From Gammaproteobacteria bacterium (lineage in GTDB: Bacteria; Pseudomonadota; Gammaproteobacteria; Ga0077536), in the NCBI GenBank assembly GCA_035325705.1, contig DAOKZI010000007.1, positions 50,189-114,188 of the forward strand: a stretch of DNA of 64,000 nucleotides. The letters are read 5' to 3'. Of the stretch, positions 36,744-46,390 are shown one piece after another. Numbering within the stretch: position 1 is the first letter of the stretch; each line of letters starts with the position of its first letter. The notes under the pieces were generated by a model. That model saw only the letters and a program-made list of their open reading frames with translations. It did no database searches and had not been told where the DNA came from. The position numbers and the translations under genes were made by a program.

Positions 36744-38309
36744 TCAATGAGCGCCGTTGGCCTCGGCGGACGGCGCGGTGCTCGGCTCCGGCCGCGCGAG
36801 CCAGATGACGCCGATCAGCAGCAAGAACAGCACCGCGCAGATGCCGAAGACGTCGTCGGCCGCGCGCATCGCGGCCTGCTGATCGACGAGGCGATTGACC
36901 GCGGCATAGGCCTGTCCGCTGTGCGTCGCCACGCTGCGCAGGGCGGCGAGATCGCCGTGGGTCAGCAGGGTGGCGCGATCGAGATGCTCCACCAGATGCG
37001 AGTGATGCAGGATGGTGCGATCGTCCCACACCGTCGTGGTCACCGAGGCGCCGAAGGCGCCGGCCGTGATGCGCGAGAAATTGAGCAGACCGGACGCCGC
37101 AGGGATCTTGTGCGCCGGTATCCCGGACAGCGCGAGATTGAACAGCGGGATGAAGAAGAAGGCGATCGCGATGCCCTGGACGATCGTCGGCCACAGGATC
37201 GTCATGAAATCGGCCTCGGTATTGAACAGCGAGCGCATCCACAGCACCAGCGCGAAGGTCGCGAAGCCGATGCTGCCGAACAGGCGCGCGTCGACCCGCG
37301 CCACGCTCTTGCCGATGATCGGGGACAGCACGATCGCCAGCAGCCCGACCGGCGCCATCGCGAGCCCGGCCAGCGTCGGCGTATAGCCCATGTACTGCTG
37401 CAACCACAGCGGCAGCAGCACGAGATTGCCGAAGAACATGCTGTAGCCGGCGGACACCGTCAGCGTCGCGGTCCAGAAGTTGCGATTGCCGAACAGGCTC
37501 AGATCGACGACGGGATGCTCGTCGGTCAGCTCCCACACGATGAAGAACACGAAGCCGACGGCGGCGACGATCGCCAGCGTGAGGATCTGCCCGGACTCGA
37601 ACCAGTCGAGCTCCTTGCCCTTGTCGAGCATGATCTGGAAAGCGCCGATCCATACGATCAGCAAGACCAGTCCCACCGTGTCGATCGGCGCCCGCCGCGT
37701 CGGCGTCTCACGCCGGTGATACAGCCACCAGGTGCCGGCCGCGGCGAGCAGGCCGACCGGCACGTTGATGTAGAAGATCCACTCCCAGTTGATGTTGTCG
37801 GTAATCCAGCCGCCGAGCACCGGGCCGACGACCGGCGCGACCAGGGTGGTGATGGACCAGGTGGCGAGCGCGACGCCGGATTGCTCCTTCGGATAGCTCG
37901 ACAGCAGCAGCGACTGCGACAGCGGGATCATCGGGCCGGCCACGGCGCCCTGCACGACGCGCAGGAAGATCAGCAGCTCGATGCTGGCCGCCAGCCCGCA
38001 CAGCCAGGACACCAGCGTGAACAGCAGCACGCTCGTCGTGAACAGGCGCACCGCGCCGAAACGCTGCGTGAGCCAGCCGGTCAAGGGCAGCGAGATGCCG
38101 TTGGCGACGGCAAAAGACGTGATGACCCAGGTGCCCTGATGCGGCGATACGCCGAGATCGCCGGCGATGGCCGGGATCGAGACGTTCGCGATCGACACGT
38201 CGAGCACGTTCATGAACGTCGCCGTCGACAGCACGATCGAGCCGGCGACGAGCCGCCATCCGTGCAGCGGGCCGGGCGGTTCTCGAGCCTGGGACGCGGT
38301 GCCGGTCAT
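36744..38309 (-). CDS. emrB: DHA2-family MFS multidrug efflux permease (14 TM)
   Basis: 521 aa, MTGTASQAREPP... with EmrB/QacA-like motifs. The longer out-of-frame ORF extension is rejected. Confidence 0.85.
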   Translation of the reverse strand: MTGTASQAREPPGPLHGWRLVAGSIVLSTATFMNVLDVSIANVSIPAIAGDLGVSPHQGTWVITSFAVANGISLPLTGWLTQRFGAVRLFTTSVLLFTLVSWLCGLAASIELLIFLRVVQGAVAGPMIPLSQSLLLSSYPKEQSGVALATWSITTLVAPVVGPVLGGWITDNINWEWIFYINVPVGLLAAAGTWWLYHRRETPTRRAPIDTVGLVLLIVWIGAFQIMLDKGKELDWFESGQILTLAIVAAVGFVFFIVWELTDEHPVVDLSLFGNRNFWTATLTVSAGYSMFFGNLVLLPLWLQQYMGYTPTLAGLAMAPVGLLAIVLSPIIGKSVARVDARLFGSIGFATFALVLWMRSLFNTEADFMTILWPTIVQGIAIAFFFIPLFNLALSGIPAHKIPAASGLLNFSRITAGAFGASVTTTVWDDRTILHHSHLVEHLDRATLLTHGDLAALRSVATHSGQAYAAVNRLVDQQAAMRAADDVFGICAVLFLLLIGVIWLARPEPSTAPSAEANGAH

Positions 38310-38319
38310 CGCGGGTGGT

Positions 38320-39549
38320 TCAGTGAGCGGACGCGGTCGCGGTCGCCGGCGCCGCGCGAGCGGCCAGATTGTCCTGCACGATCTCGTCGATGCGCTGTTC
38401 GACCGCCGCGAGCTGCTCGTCGAAGATCGTCGTACGGCTGACGTGCTCGGCCGCGGGCGCGTCGAGCGGCGCATCGCCGTCGACCTCGTGCAGATCGATC
38501 GTGACGTCCATCGACAGCCCGACGCGCAGCGGGTGGGCGGCGAGCTGCTCGGGATCGAGCGCGATCCGCACGGGCACGCGCTGCACGATCTTGATCCAGT
38601 TGCCGCTCGCGTTCTGTGCGGGCAGCAGCGCGAAGGCCGCGCCGGTCCCCGCGCCGAAGCCGACGATGTGCCCGCCGTAGCCGACGCGATCGCCGTAGAG
38701 ATCGGCGACGAGTTTCGCCGGCTGGCCGACGCGCATCTGGCGCAACTGGCCTTCCTTGAAGTTGGCATCGACCCAGACCTCGCTCAGCGGCACCACCGAC
38801 AGCAGCGGTTCGCCCGGCTGGACGCGCTGGCCGATCTGCACGGCGCGCTGCGCGACGTCGCCGGCGAGCGGCGCGAGGATGCGGGTGCGCGCGCGGGCGA
38901 GATAGGCCTCGCGCACGCGGGCGATCGCCTGCTGCACTTCCGGGTGGGCGCGAACGTCGACACCCGCCGTCAAGGTCCGGTTGGTGGCGAGCCGTTCGGC
39001 CGCGGCCGCGATCGCCGCCCGCGTCGCCGCGACCGCCGCCCGTGCGGTGCCGACCGCCGCTTCCGCGTGCTTCAATTCTTCCTTGCCCACCGCGCCGGTG
39101 GCGACGAGCGCGGCGCGCGTGGCGTAATCGTCCTGGGCCTTGGCCGCCTCGGTCTGCGCGCGCGCCAGCGCCGCCTTCTGCGCCGCGAGGTCGGCCTGCA
39201 GCGTGCCGTTCGTCGCGTACACGGCGTTGACCTGCCGCACGGTGTGCGCCAGCGCCGCCTCGGCGGCGTCGAGGGCGAGCGCGGCATCGGTCGGATCGAG
39301 CTCGATCAGAAGCTGCCCGGCCGCCACGCGATCCGTGTCCTGCACCTTGATCTCGCGCACCGTCCCCGTCGTTTGCGAGGTGACTTGCACCACGTGCGCG
39401 TTGACGTAAGCGTCGTCGGTGTGTTCGTAGTAGCGGCCGATGAGCCAGTACCAGGCGCCGCCCGCCGCCGCGGCGACGAGGCACAGCAGTGTCAGCGCGA
39501 GCAGCAGCGGGCTGCGTCGGCGGGGATCGATCGTGGCGTTCGTCGTCAT
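38320..39549 (-). CDS. emrA: HlyD-family membrane fusion protein
   Basis: N-terminal TM LLLALTLLCLVAAAAGGAWYWL, coiled coil, beta-barrel domain. 409 aa. Start overlaps the OMF stop. Confidence 0.85.
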   Translation of the reverse strand: MTTNATIDPRRRSPLLLALTLLCLVAAAAGGAWYWLIGRYYEHTDDAYVNAHVVQVTSQTTGTVREIKVQDTDRVAAGQLLIELDPTDAALALDAAEAALAHTVRQVNAVYATNGTLQADLAAQKAALARAQTEAAKAQDDYATRAALVATGAVGKEELKHAEAAVGTARAAVAATRAAIAAAAERLATNRTLTAGVDVRAHPEVQQAIARVREAYLARARTRILAPLAGDVAQRAVQIGQRVQPGEPLLSVVPLSEVWVDANFKEGQLRQMRVGQPAKLVADLYGDRVGYGGHIVGFGAGTGAAFALLPAQNASGNWIKIVQRVPVRIALDPEQLAAHPLRVGLSMDVTIDLHEVDGDAPLDAPAAEHVSRTTIFDEQLAAVEQRIDEIVQDNLAARAAPATATASAH

Positions 39550-40958
39550 CGCACGGAACCTCGATAAGACGGTGTCGCGGCGTCGAAGCCGCCGCCCAGG
39601 GCGAAATTGAGCTCGACGTTCAGCGCCATCGCGCGGGCGCGCAGATCGGCGGCTTGCCGATGCTGGGCGAGCACCTCGGTTTCGGTGGTGAGCACCGTCA
39701 GGTAGTTCGTGAGGCCGACGCGATAGCGCTGCAGGGCCAGCGACTCGGCGCTCTCCGCCGCGGCCTGGGCCGCCCGCTGCGCGGCCATGCGCTGGTCCAG
39801 CGCGCGCAGGCCGATCAGCGCATTGACCACGTCGCGCAGCGCGTTCTCGAGCGTCGCGTTGTAATCGGCGACGGCCGCATCGACTTCGCCGCTCGCGAGC
39901 TTCAGCTTCGCGCGCAGGCGCCCGGCATCGAAGATCGGCAGCCGCAGCGCCGGACTCAGGCCGTAGATGCGCGAGCCGGCATCGAACAGATTGGACAGGC
40001 CCAGCGACGACAGGCCGATGAAGGCGCCGAGGTTCACGCTCGGATAGAACTCCGCCTTGACGGAATCGACGCCGGCGAGCGTCGACTCGACGTGCAGTAG
40101 CGCCGCGGCGACGTCGGGGCGGCGCGCGAGCAGATCCGAGGGCACCTGCGCGGGCACGGCTTGCGCCGGGACGCCGTGCAGCGCCGGCGCCAGTGTCGCC
40201 ACCCGCGCATAAGGGATCTGCGCGAGGCGCGAGAGGCGCTGGCGATGGCGTGCCGTTTGCTCGTCCAGCGCCGCGATCTCGCCGTCGATCTGATGGATCG
40301 CCCCTTCCGCCTGCTGCAGCTCGACCTGCGAATCGAGGCCCTGCGCGACGCGCGCCTCGACGAGCCGACGGATCTGCTCGCGCTGTCGGCGCTGCGCGCT
40401 GGCCACCTCGCGCAGCGCCAGCGCGTGGGCGAGATCGAACCAGGTCTCGCAGATCGCCGTCGCGAGCGCGAGGCGGGCGCTTGCGACGTTCGCCGCGCCG
40501 GACGCGGCCTGGGCGTCGAGCGCGGCGACCAGCGCGCGATTGCGACCGAACAGATCGAGCTCGAGATCCGCATCGAGACCGAGCCGGCTCTCGAGCTCTT
40601 CGCTGCCGCCGAATTCGGGCGGGATCAGGCCGTGTTCGCTGTAGCGTTGCCAGGTTCCGTCGTAACCCGCGGTGATCCGCGGCGCGAAGTTCGCGCGCAG
40701 GTATTCACCGCCGGCCTGCACCTGTGCCAGCCGCGCCCGCGCGAGCTGCACGCTCGGATGGTCGGCCAGCGCGCTGTCGACGAGGGCGTCGAGCTCGGAT
40801 TCGCCGTAGGCCTTCCACCAGGTGTCCGTGGGCCAGGCCGTGAAGTGGGGATCGGTTTCCTCCGCGCGCAGCGCGGCGGGCGTCGTGGTCGGCGCGATGC
40901 CGGCGTTGCTGATGCAGCCGGCGAGCAGGGCGGCGGCGAACGCGGGCGCCAGCCGCAT
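39546..40958 (-). CDS. Efflux outer-membrane factor lipoprotein (NodT/OprM family)
   Basis: Lipobox LLAGC. 470 aa. Two OEP repeats. Confidence 0.85.
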   Translation of the reverse strand: MRLAPAFAAALLAGCISNAGIAPTTTPAALRAEETDPHFTAWPTDTWWKAYGESELDALVDSALADHPSVQLARARLAQVQAGGEYLRANFAPRITAGYDGTWQRYSEHGLIPPEFGGSEELESRLGLDADLELDLFGRNRALVAALDAQAASGAANVASARLALATAICETWFDLAHALALREVASAQRRQREQIRRLVEARVAQGLDSQVELQQAEGAIHQIDGEIAALDEQTARHRQRLSRLAQIPYARVATLAPALHGVPAQAVPAQVPSDLLARRPDVAAALLHVESTLAGVDSVKAEFYPSVNLGAFIGLSSLGLSNLFDAGSRIYGLSPALRLPIFDAGRLRAKLKLASGEVDAAVADYNATLENALRDVVNALIGLRALDQRMAAQRAAQAAAESAESLALQRYRVGLTNYLTVLTTETEVLAQHRQAADLRARAMALNVELNFALGGGFDAATPSYRGSVR

Positions 40959-41071
40959 CACGATGCCGGCGACGGCTGCCGTCGTGCATCGAGCGAAAAG
41001 TCCATTCCGGATACGCCGATGATTGCCGCGGCAGCGAACGGCTCGGCAGGAGGCGCGGCCCGCGACCAAGC

Positions 41072-41572
41072 TCAGCCTTCCACGCCGTCGGCGGCTGCGC
41101 CGTTGGCGAGCAGGCGATGCAGCAGATGCATCAGTTGAGCGAGCTCGGCGGCGGTGAAATCGGCGAGGTGGAGATTCAGCACGGCGGCAAGATGTTCGGC
41201 GCTGGCGTCCAGCGCCGCGGTGCCGGCCGGGGTCAGCGCCAGGCGTACGACGCGCCGATCCTCCGGACAGCGCATGCGTCGCACGAGTCCTTTGGCCTGG
41301 AGGCGGTCGATCATTCTCGTCATCGCGCCGGTATCGATGTTCAGACAGCGCGCGAGCTGAGCCGCGGTCGTGCCTTTGCCCGCGGCGAGCAGCACCAGAG
41401 GGCCGATCTGCATCGCCGTCAGATCGCGATCCTGCAGGCGATGGTCGAGGTGGCGCTGGAGCGAGCCGAGCACCCGTCGCAGCAGGAAGCCGTAGGAATT
41501 GTCGACCGCATAGGTGTCGCCACGGTAGAACATGGGCGGCGCCGACGGGGCCGCGGAGCGATGGGCTGCCAT
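41072..41572 (-). CDS. MarR-family transcriptional regulator
   Basis: winged HTH ...MQIGPLVLLAAGKGTTAAQLARCLNIDTGAMTRMIDRLQAKGLVRR. Heads the OMF-emrAB operon. Confidence 0.8.
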   Translation of the reverse strand: MAAHRSAAPSAPPMFYRGDTYAVDNSYGFLLRRVLGSLQRHLDHRLQDRDLTAMQIGPLVLLAAGKGTTAAQLARCLNIDTGAMTRMIDRLQAKGLVRRMRCPEDRRVVRLALTPAGTAALDASAEHLAAVLNLHLADFTAAELAQLMHLLHRLLANGAAADGVEG

Positions 41573-42006
41573 GCGCGGATTTTCCTGTCTGGGCAGTGAT
41601 TGTCAAGGCATGGATTTCGGGGCAGCGGATCACCGAGAGCCGCAGGAGTCCGGCGCCGCGCGACGGCCGACATCGCCATGTCCGCCGCGCCGTCGGGCGC
41701 TGTCCTCTTCCGCCGGCGCCGGTGGCGGTCAGCCAAGCCGCGCGATGCCGCCGAGGATGCGCAATCCATCGCGCCACGCATCCCCCTCGACCTTGTCGGC
41801 GAGGACCGATGCCAGCAGAGCACGCGCCGAGCGGCGGCGCGGCCAGCACTGCCGTAGCGCACTCCTGAGCCGACGTCTTCGCGGCCCCGGCTGCTCGCGA
41901 GCTCGGCGCGTGCGCCGAATCCGTTTGCATGCGCCATCGCCGTCATCATGAGTCGTCTCCGCGCGTCGAGTTGCCGGCCCGGGCTCGCGGCCTATACTGC
42001 GGCGGA

Positions 42007-42660
42007 ATGAACCTCGCCATCGTCCGCGTCTGGGATCTGCCCGTGCGTCTGTTCCACTGGGGCATCGTCGCGCTGCTCGGCTATTCGTGGTGGAGCGGAG
42101 AGGAAGGCGGCATGACGCTCGAGTATCACATGTGGTCGGGCTATGCGGTGCTGACGCTGGTGCTGTTCCGCGTGCTGTGGGGCTTTGCCGGCAGCGGCAC
42201 CGCGCGCTTCGCGAGCTTCGTGCGCGGGCCGGCCGCGGTGCTGGCGAGCCTGCGCGAGCTGGGGAGCGCGCGGCCGCTGCACCTCGCCGGCCACAATCCA
42301 CTCGGCGGCTGGATGGTGCTCGCGCTGCTGCTCTGCCTGCTGGTGCAGACGAGCAGCGGACTGTTCGCCAACGACGATCTGTTCAACGAAGGACCGCTGT
42401 ACGAGCACGTGAGCAAGGCACTGAGCGATACGCTGACGACCGTGCATCATCTGAACTTCGGGCTGCTGCTCGGGCTCGTCGCGCTGCACGTCGCCGCCGT
42501 CGCCTGGCATCGCCTGCGCAAGGGCGAGCGTCTCGTCGGCGCGATGATCCACGGCCGCAAGCGTCTGGACGGGCCCGCGCCCGCGCTCGCTCGCGCCCGG
42601 CGCGCGCTGCCGTGGCTGGCCCTGAGCGCGGGCGTCGTCGCCTTCGTCGTCAATCTCTGA
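42007..42660 (+). CDS. Cytochrome b561 family protein (CybB-like)
   Basis: LFHWGIV..., four TM helices with conserved His. 217 aa. Confidence 0.8.
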   Translation: MNLAIVRVWDLPVRLFHWGIVALLGYSWWSGEEGGMTLEYHMWSGYAVLTLVLFRVLWGFAGSGTARFASFVRGPAAVLASLRELGSARPLHLAGHNPLGGWMVLALLLCLLVQTSSGLFANDDLFNEGPLYEHVSKALSDTLTTVHHLNFGLLLGLVALHVAAVAWHRLRKGERLVGAMIHGRKRLDGPAPALARARRALPWLALSAGVVAFVVNL

Positions 42661-42699
42661 TCTCGCAGCGGTGGGCATTTTTCTAGCAGGGAGACATGC

Positions 42700-43158
42700 A
42701 TGAATACGAAGAAGATTCTCGTCGCCGTCACGGCCGTCGCCGGCCTCGCGCTGGCCACCGGCCTCGTCGCCGCGCCGAAGCCGGAGGACGCGGTGAAGTA
42801 CCGGCAAGGCGTGCTGTTCGCGATGGGCTGGAACGTCGGCACGATGGGCGCGATGGTGAAAGGCGACGTGCCCTTCGACGCCCAGCGCTTCGCCTTCCTC
42901 GCCGGGCGCGCGGCGCAGCTCTCGCCGATGGTGCTCGAAGGCTTCACGCCGGACAGCAAAGGCGCGAAGTCGCATGCGCTGCCGAAGCTGTGGGACAACA
43001 TGGACGACTTCAAGCAGCGCTGGAAGGAGCTCAACGCCGCGACGCAGGCGCTCGCCACTGCGGCGCAGGGCGGCGACGAGGGTGCGATGAAGCAGCAGTT
43101 CGGCGAGACCGTGAAAATCTGCAAGAACTGCCACGACGAATACCGCGAGAAGCTGTGA
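42700..43158 (+). CDS. Cytochrome c' (class II c-type cytochrome)
   Basis: Signal peptide. C-terminal heme-binding CKNCH. 152 aa. Confidence 0.8.
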   Translation: MNTKKILVAVTAVAGLALATGLVAAPKPEDAVKYRQGVLFAMGWNVGTMGAMVKGDVPFDAQRFAFLAGRAAQLSPMVLEGFTPDSKGAKSHALPKLWDNMDDFKQRWKELNAATQALATAAQGGDEGAMKQQFGETVKICKNCHDEYREKL

Positions 43159-43178
43159 GCGCGGCTCGTCGCGAACCG

Positions 43179-43273
43179 TCGTAGCCCGGGTGGAGCGCGC
43201 AGCGCGCAAGCCGGGATCGGGCGCGACGGTGTGATGAAGATCCCGGGTTCCGCTCCGCTGCACCCGGGCTACG
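43179..43273. repeat. REP-like type-A element
   Basis: GTAGCCCGGGTGGAGCGCGCAGCGCGCAAGCCGGGATCGG ... GATCCCGGGTTCCGCTCCGCTGCACCCGGGCTACGAA. Confidence 0.85.
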
Positions 43274-43308
43274 AAAAATTACGGCTCTGTTTCACCGCGA
43301 GGCAATCT

Positions 43309-43403
43309 TGTAGCCCGGGTGGAGCGCGCAGCGCGCAAGCCGGAATCGGGCGCGATGGTGTGATGAAGATCCCGGGTTCCGCTACGCTGCACCCGGGCTA
43401 CGA
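43309..43403. repeat. REP-like type-A element (near-identical tandem copy)
   Basis: Same as 43179-43273, 130 bp downstream. Confidence 0.85.
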
Positions 43404-43425
43404 ATTAGAACCGCCAGTGCTGCGC

Positions 43426-43743
43426 TCACTCGAAGTGGCAGACGTAGTCGACCGTCTCCAGCGTCTCGATGTCGAAGCCGCTGTGGCCGGGGACGCGAAA
43501 CTCGCTGCCCGCGCCGTAGTCGCGCCATTCGTGCGTGCCGGCGAGCTTGACGCGGCAGCGGCCCCCGACGATCTCCATGCGCTCGGGCGCGCCGGTATCG
43601 AAGCGCAGCGTGCTCGGCAGGATCACGCCGACGGTTTTCTTCGTCCCGTCCGGCAGCAGCAGCGTGTGACTGATGCATTTGCCGTCGAAATAGACATTGC
43701 TCTTCTTGACGACGCTGACGTCATCGATGCGGGACATGGGCAT
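43426..43743 (-). CDS. ppnP: Pyrimidine/purine nucleoside phosphorylase (DUF1255 cupin)
   Basis: 105 aa. [10 protein letters not shown]...GVILPS...F.T...E.MEIVGG... Confidence 0.8.
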   Translation of the reverse strand: MPMSRIDDVSVVKKSNVYFDGKCISHTLLLPDGTKKTVGVILPSTLRFDTGAPERMEIVGGRCRVKLAGTHEWRDYGAGSEFRVPGHSGFDIETLETVDYVCHFE

Positions 43744-43880
43744 ACCTCGAAATGCAGAGAAGGATCGGCGAAGCGCCGCCTTGGCTGACGGCCGCCGCGC
43801 GGGATGTTAACCGATCGACACCGCTGCCCGCGCCGAAGCGAGCTGCTAAAGTGCAGGCTCCGCTCCACAGGACGCCTCGC

Positions 43881-44333
43881 ATGCCCCAGTCGCGAAGCCG
43901 GACAGTCGCGCTTTCGGCCCTGACGCTCGCCCTCGCCGCCGCCTCGCCGGCCCAGCAGCCGACCCCGCAGCAGCTCCAAGAGATCCTGCAGCAGGTCCAG
44001 CAGAATCCGGAACATTTCCAGCGCCTGCTGAAGCAGGCGAACGACATGCAGGCCTGTCTGTCGCGGCTCGCGCCGGACACGATGGACCGCTTGCGCGTGC
44101 GCGGCGAGGAAATGATCGCCGACATTCGCGCGCTGTGCGTCGCCGGCGAGCGCGACATGGCTGCGTCGCGCGCGCTGCAGTACGCACAGGAGATGGCGGC
44201 CTCGCCGGATCTGCGCGCGGTCGAGGAGTGCGGCAGCATGGCCTCGCAGTTGATGGCCGATCTGCCCTTCGCCGGCCCCGACGCCGCCGAAGGCGCGGGC
44301 GCCGCGCACGTCTGCGATCAGCTTCCGCCCTGA
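43881..44333 (+). CDS. Hypothetical secreted protein (4 Cys)
   Basis: Signal peptide MPQSRSRTVALSALTLALAAASPA. Weak RBS. 4 nt upstream of the next gene. Confidence 0.4.
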   Translation: MPQSRSRTVALSALTLALAAASPAQQPTPQQLQEILQQVQQNPEHFQRLLKQANDMQACLSRLAPDTMDRLRVRGEEMIADIRALCVAGERDMAASRALQYAQEMAASPDLRAVEECGSMASQLMADLPFAGPDAAEGAGAAHVCDQLPP

Positions 44334-44337
44334 CCGC

Positions 44338-45081
44338 ATGCAGGCGCCGGCCGCGCAGCAGGCTTTCGATTTCGACGCCGTCGCGCCGCCGCGCTGGACC
44401 GTCGACGTCCGGCGCAGCCGCCGCCGCTCGCTGAGCGTCGAGGTGCACGCCGATCTGCGCGTGATCGCCCGCGCGCCGCTGCACTGTCCGGATGCCGCGA
44501 TCGCGGCCTTCATCGCCAGCCGTGAATCCTGGATCGCGCGCCAGCTCGAGCACTTCGCGAATCGCCCGCGCGCGCGGGAGGCGCGCTATGCCGACGGCGA
44601 GACGCACTGGTTCCTCGGCGAGCCCTTGCAACTGCGGCTCGCGCCGCACGCGCCCCAGGGCATCGAGCGCCGGCCCGGCGTGCTCGAAGTCGGCGGGGCG
44701 CGCGTCGCCAACGCCGCGCGCACGGCGCGCGCCGTGCGGCACTGGTTTCGCGAGCAGGCCCGCCTCGTCTTCGGCGAGCTGATTGCGCAGTGGCAGGCGC
44801 ATCCGCGCTTCGCGCGCTATCCCATGCCGGCACTGAAGATACGGCTGATGCGCACGCGCTGGGGCAGCTTCAGTCCGCGCACGGGAATGACGCTCAATCT
44901 CGTGCTGATCCATGCGCCGCTGAGCGCCATCGAATACGTCGTCGTGCACGAGCTCTGCCATCATCGCTACCGCGGACACGGCAAGGGTTTCTATGCGCTG
45001 ATGGAAGCGGTGCTGCCGGACTGGCGCGCGCGCAAGCGTCTGCTCGAAGCCGGCATCGCGGCCCTCGCGCCGCCGCGCTGA
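44338..45081 (+). CDS. M48-family metallopeptidase, YgjP-like (DUF45)
   Basis: HELCH zinc motif (VVHELCHHRYRGHG). 247 aa. Confidence 0.8.
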   Translation: MQAPAAQQAFDFDAVAPPRWTVDVRRSRRRSLSVEVHADLRVIARAPLHCPDAAIAAFIASRESWIARQLEHFANRPRAREARYADGETHWFLGEPLQLRLAPHAPQGIERRPGVLEVGGARVANAARTARAVRHWFREQARLVFGELIAQWQAHPRFARYPMPALKIRLMRTRWGSFSPRTGMTLNLVLIHAPLSAIEYVVVHELCHHRYRGHGKGFYALMEAVLPDWRARKRLLEAGIAALAPPR

Positions 45082-45083
45082 AG

Positions 45084-46325
45084 GTGAGCGCGCCGGCGGA
45101 CATCGTCGTCGTCGGCGCCGGTCCGGCCGGTCTGATGGCGGCCGACGCGGCGAGCGCGCACGGCGCGCGCGTCGAGGTCTACGACGCGATGGCGTCCTGC
45201 GCGCGCAAGTTCCTGCTCGCCGGCAAGGGCGGCCTCAATCTCACGCACGGCGAAGCGCTGCCGGCTTTCGTCGCCCGCTACGGTCTCGCGCGCGTGCGGC
45301 TCGCGAGCCTGCTCGATGAATTCGGGCCCGCCCGCCTGCGCGCGTTCGCCGCCGAGCTCGGCGTCGACACCTTCGTCGGCAGCTCCGGCCGCGTATTCCC
45401 GCGCGACATGAAGGCCGCGCCGCTGCTGCGCCGCTGGCTGCACCGGCTGCGTGAGCGCGGCGTGCGCTTCCACATGCGCCGGCGCTGGTGCGGCTGGCGC
45501 ATCGACGGCGCGCTGCACTTCAGCGGGCCGGACGGCGACGAATACTGCGCGCCGCGCGCCAGCGTGCTCGCGCTCGGCGGTGGGAGCTGGCCCGAGCTCG
45601 GCAGCGACGGCGCCTGGCAGCCCTGGCTCGCGGCGCGCGGCGTGCCCGTCGCGCCGCTCGTGCCCTCGAACTGCGGCTTCGAGCGGCGCTGGTCCGAGCA
45701 CTTCGTGGCGCATTACGCCGGGGCGCCGGTCAAGGCCGTCGCCGCGCGCTGCGTGGCGCCGGACGGCACGCCGCGCGCGCAGCGCGGCGAGTTCGTGATC
45801 ACCGCTTACGGCCTCGAAGGCAGCCTCGTCTACGCGCTGTCGGCGCCGCTGCGCGACTCGATTGCCCGCGACGGCAGCGCGCGGCTCGAGCTCGATCTCC
45901 TGCCCGATCATCCTGCCGCGCGCGTCGAGGCCCTGCTCGCGCGCCCGCGCGGCAAACGCTCGGTGGCCGAATGGCTGAAGCGCGGCCTCGGCTTGAGCGG
46001 CGTGAAGGCGGCGCTGCTGCGCGAGGTGCTGGCGCGCGCGGACTTCGACGATCCGCTGCGCGTCGCGCGCTGCGTGAAGGCGCTGCCGCTGGATCTCCTG
46101 GCTGCGCGCCCGCTCGCCGAAGCGATCAGCAGCGGCGGCGGCGTGCGCTTCGAAGGCCTCGACGAGCATCTGATGCTGCATGCGCTGCCGGGCGTGTTCT
46201 GCGCCGGCGAGATGATCGACTGGGAAGCGCCGACCGGCGGCTATCTGCTGACGGCCTGCTTCAGCACGGGCTATCGCGCCGGCCGCGCCGCGGCGCGCTA
46301 CGGCGACGACGCCCACGCCGGCTGA
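45084..46325 (+). CDS. NAD(P)/FAD-dependent oxidoreductase, HI0933/YhiN (BaiN-like) family
   Basis: DIVVVGAGPAGLMAA FAD-binding motif immediately after the GTG start. 413 aa. Start is uncertain. Confidence 0.7.
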   Translation: MSAPADIVVVGAGPAGLMAADAASAHGARVEVYDAMASCARKFLLAGKGGLNLTHGEALPAFVARYGLARVRLASLLDEFGPARLRAFAAELGVDTFVGSSGRVFPRDMKAAPLLRRWLHRLRERGVRFHMRRRWCGWRIDGALHFSGPDGDEYCAPRASVLALGGGSWPELGSDGAWQPWLAARGVPVAPLVPSNCGFERRWSEHFVAHYAGAPVKAVAARCVAPDGTPRAQRGEFVITAYGLEGSLVYALSAPLRDSIARDGSARLELDLLPDHPAARVEALLARPRGKRSVAEWLKRGLGLSGVKAALLREVLARADFDDPLRVARCVKALPLDLLAARPLAEAISSGGGVRFEGLDEHLMLHALPGVFCAGEMIDWEAPTGGYLLTACFSTGYRAGRAAARYGDDAHAG

Positions 46326-46390
46326 GCGGATGGCATCGCGGCCGCCGATCTGGCACCGTTAGCGCCGATCACCGGCACAGAGGAAATCGC

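Noticed and set aside
36744-38768. 674-aa minus ORF N-terminal extension and 564-aa plus ORF (36747-38441) over emrB
   Set aside because: emrB starts at the Met at 38309 (MTGTASQ...). The remainder is out-of-frame low-complexity.
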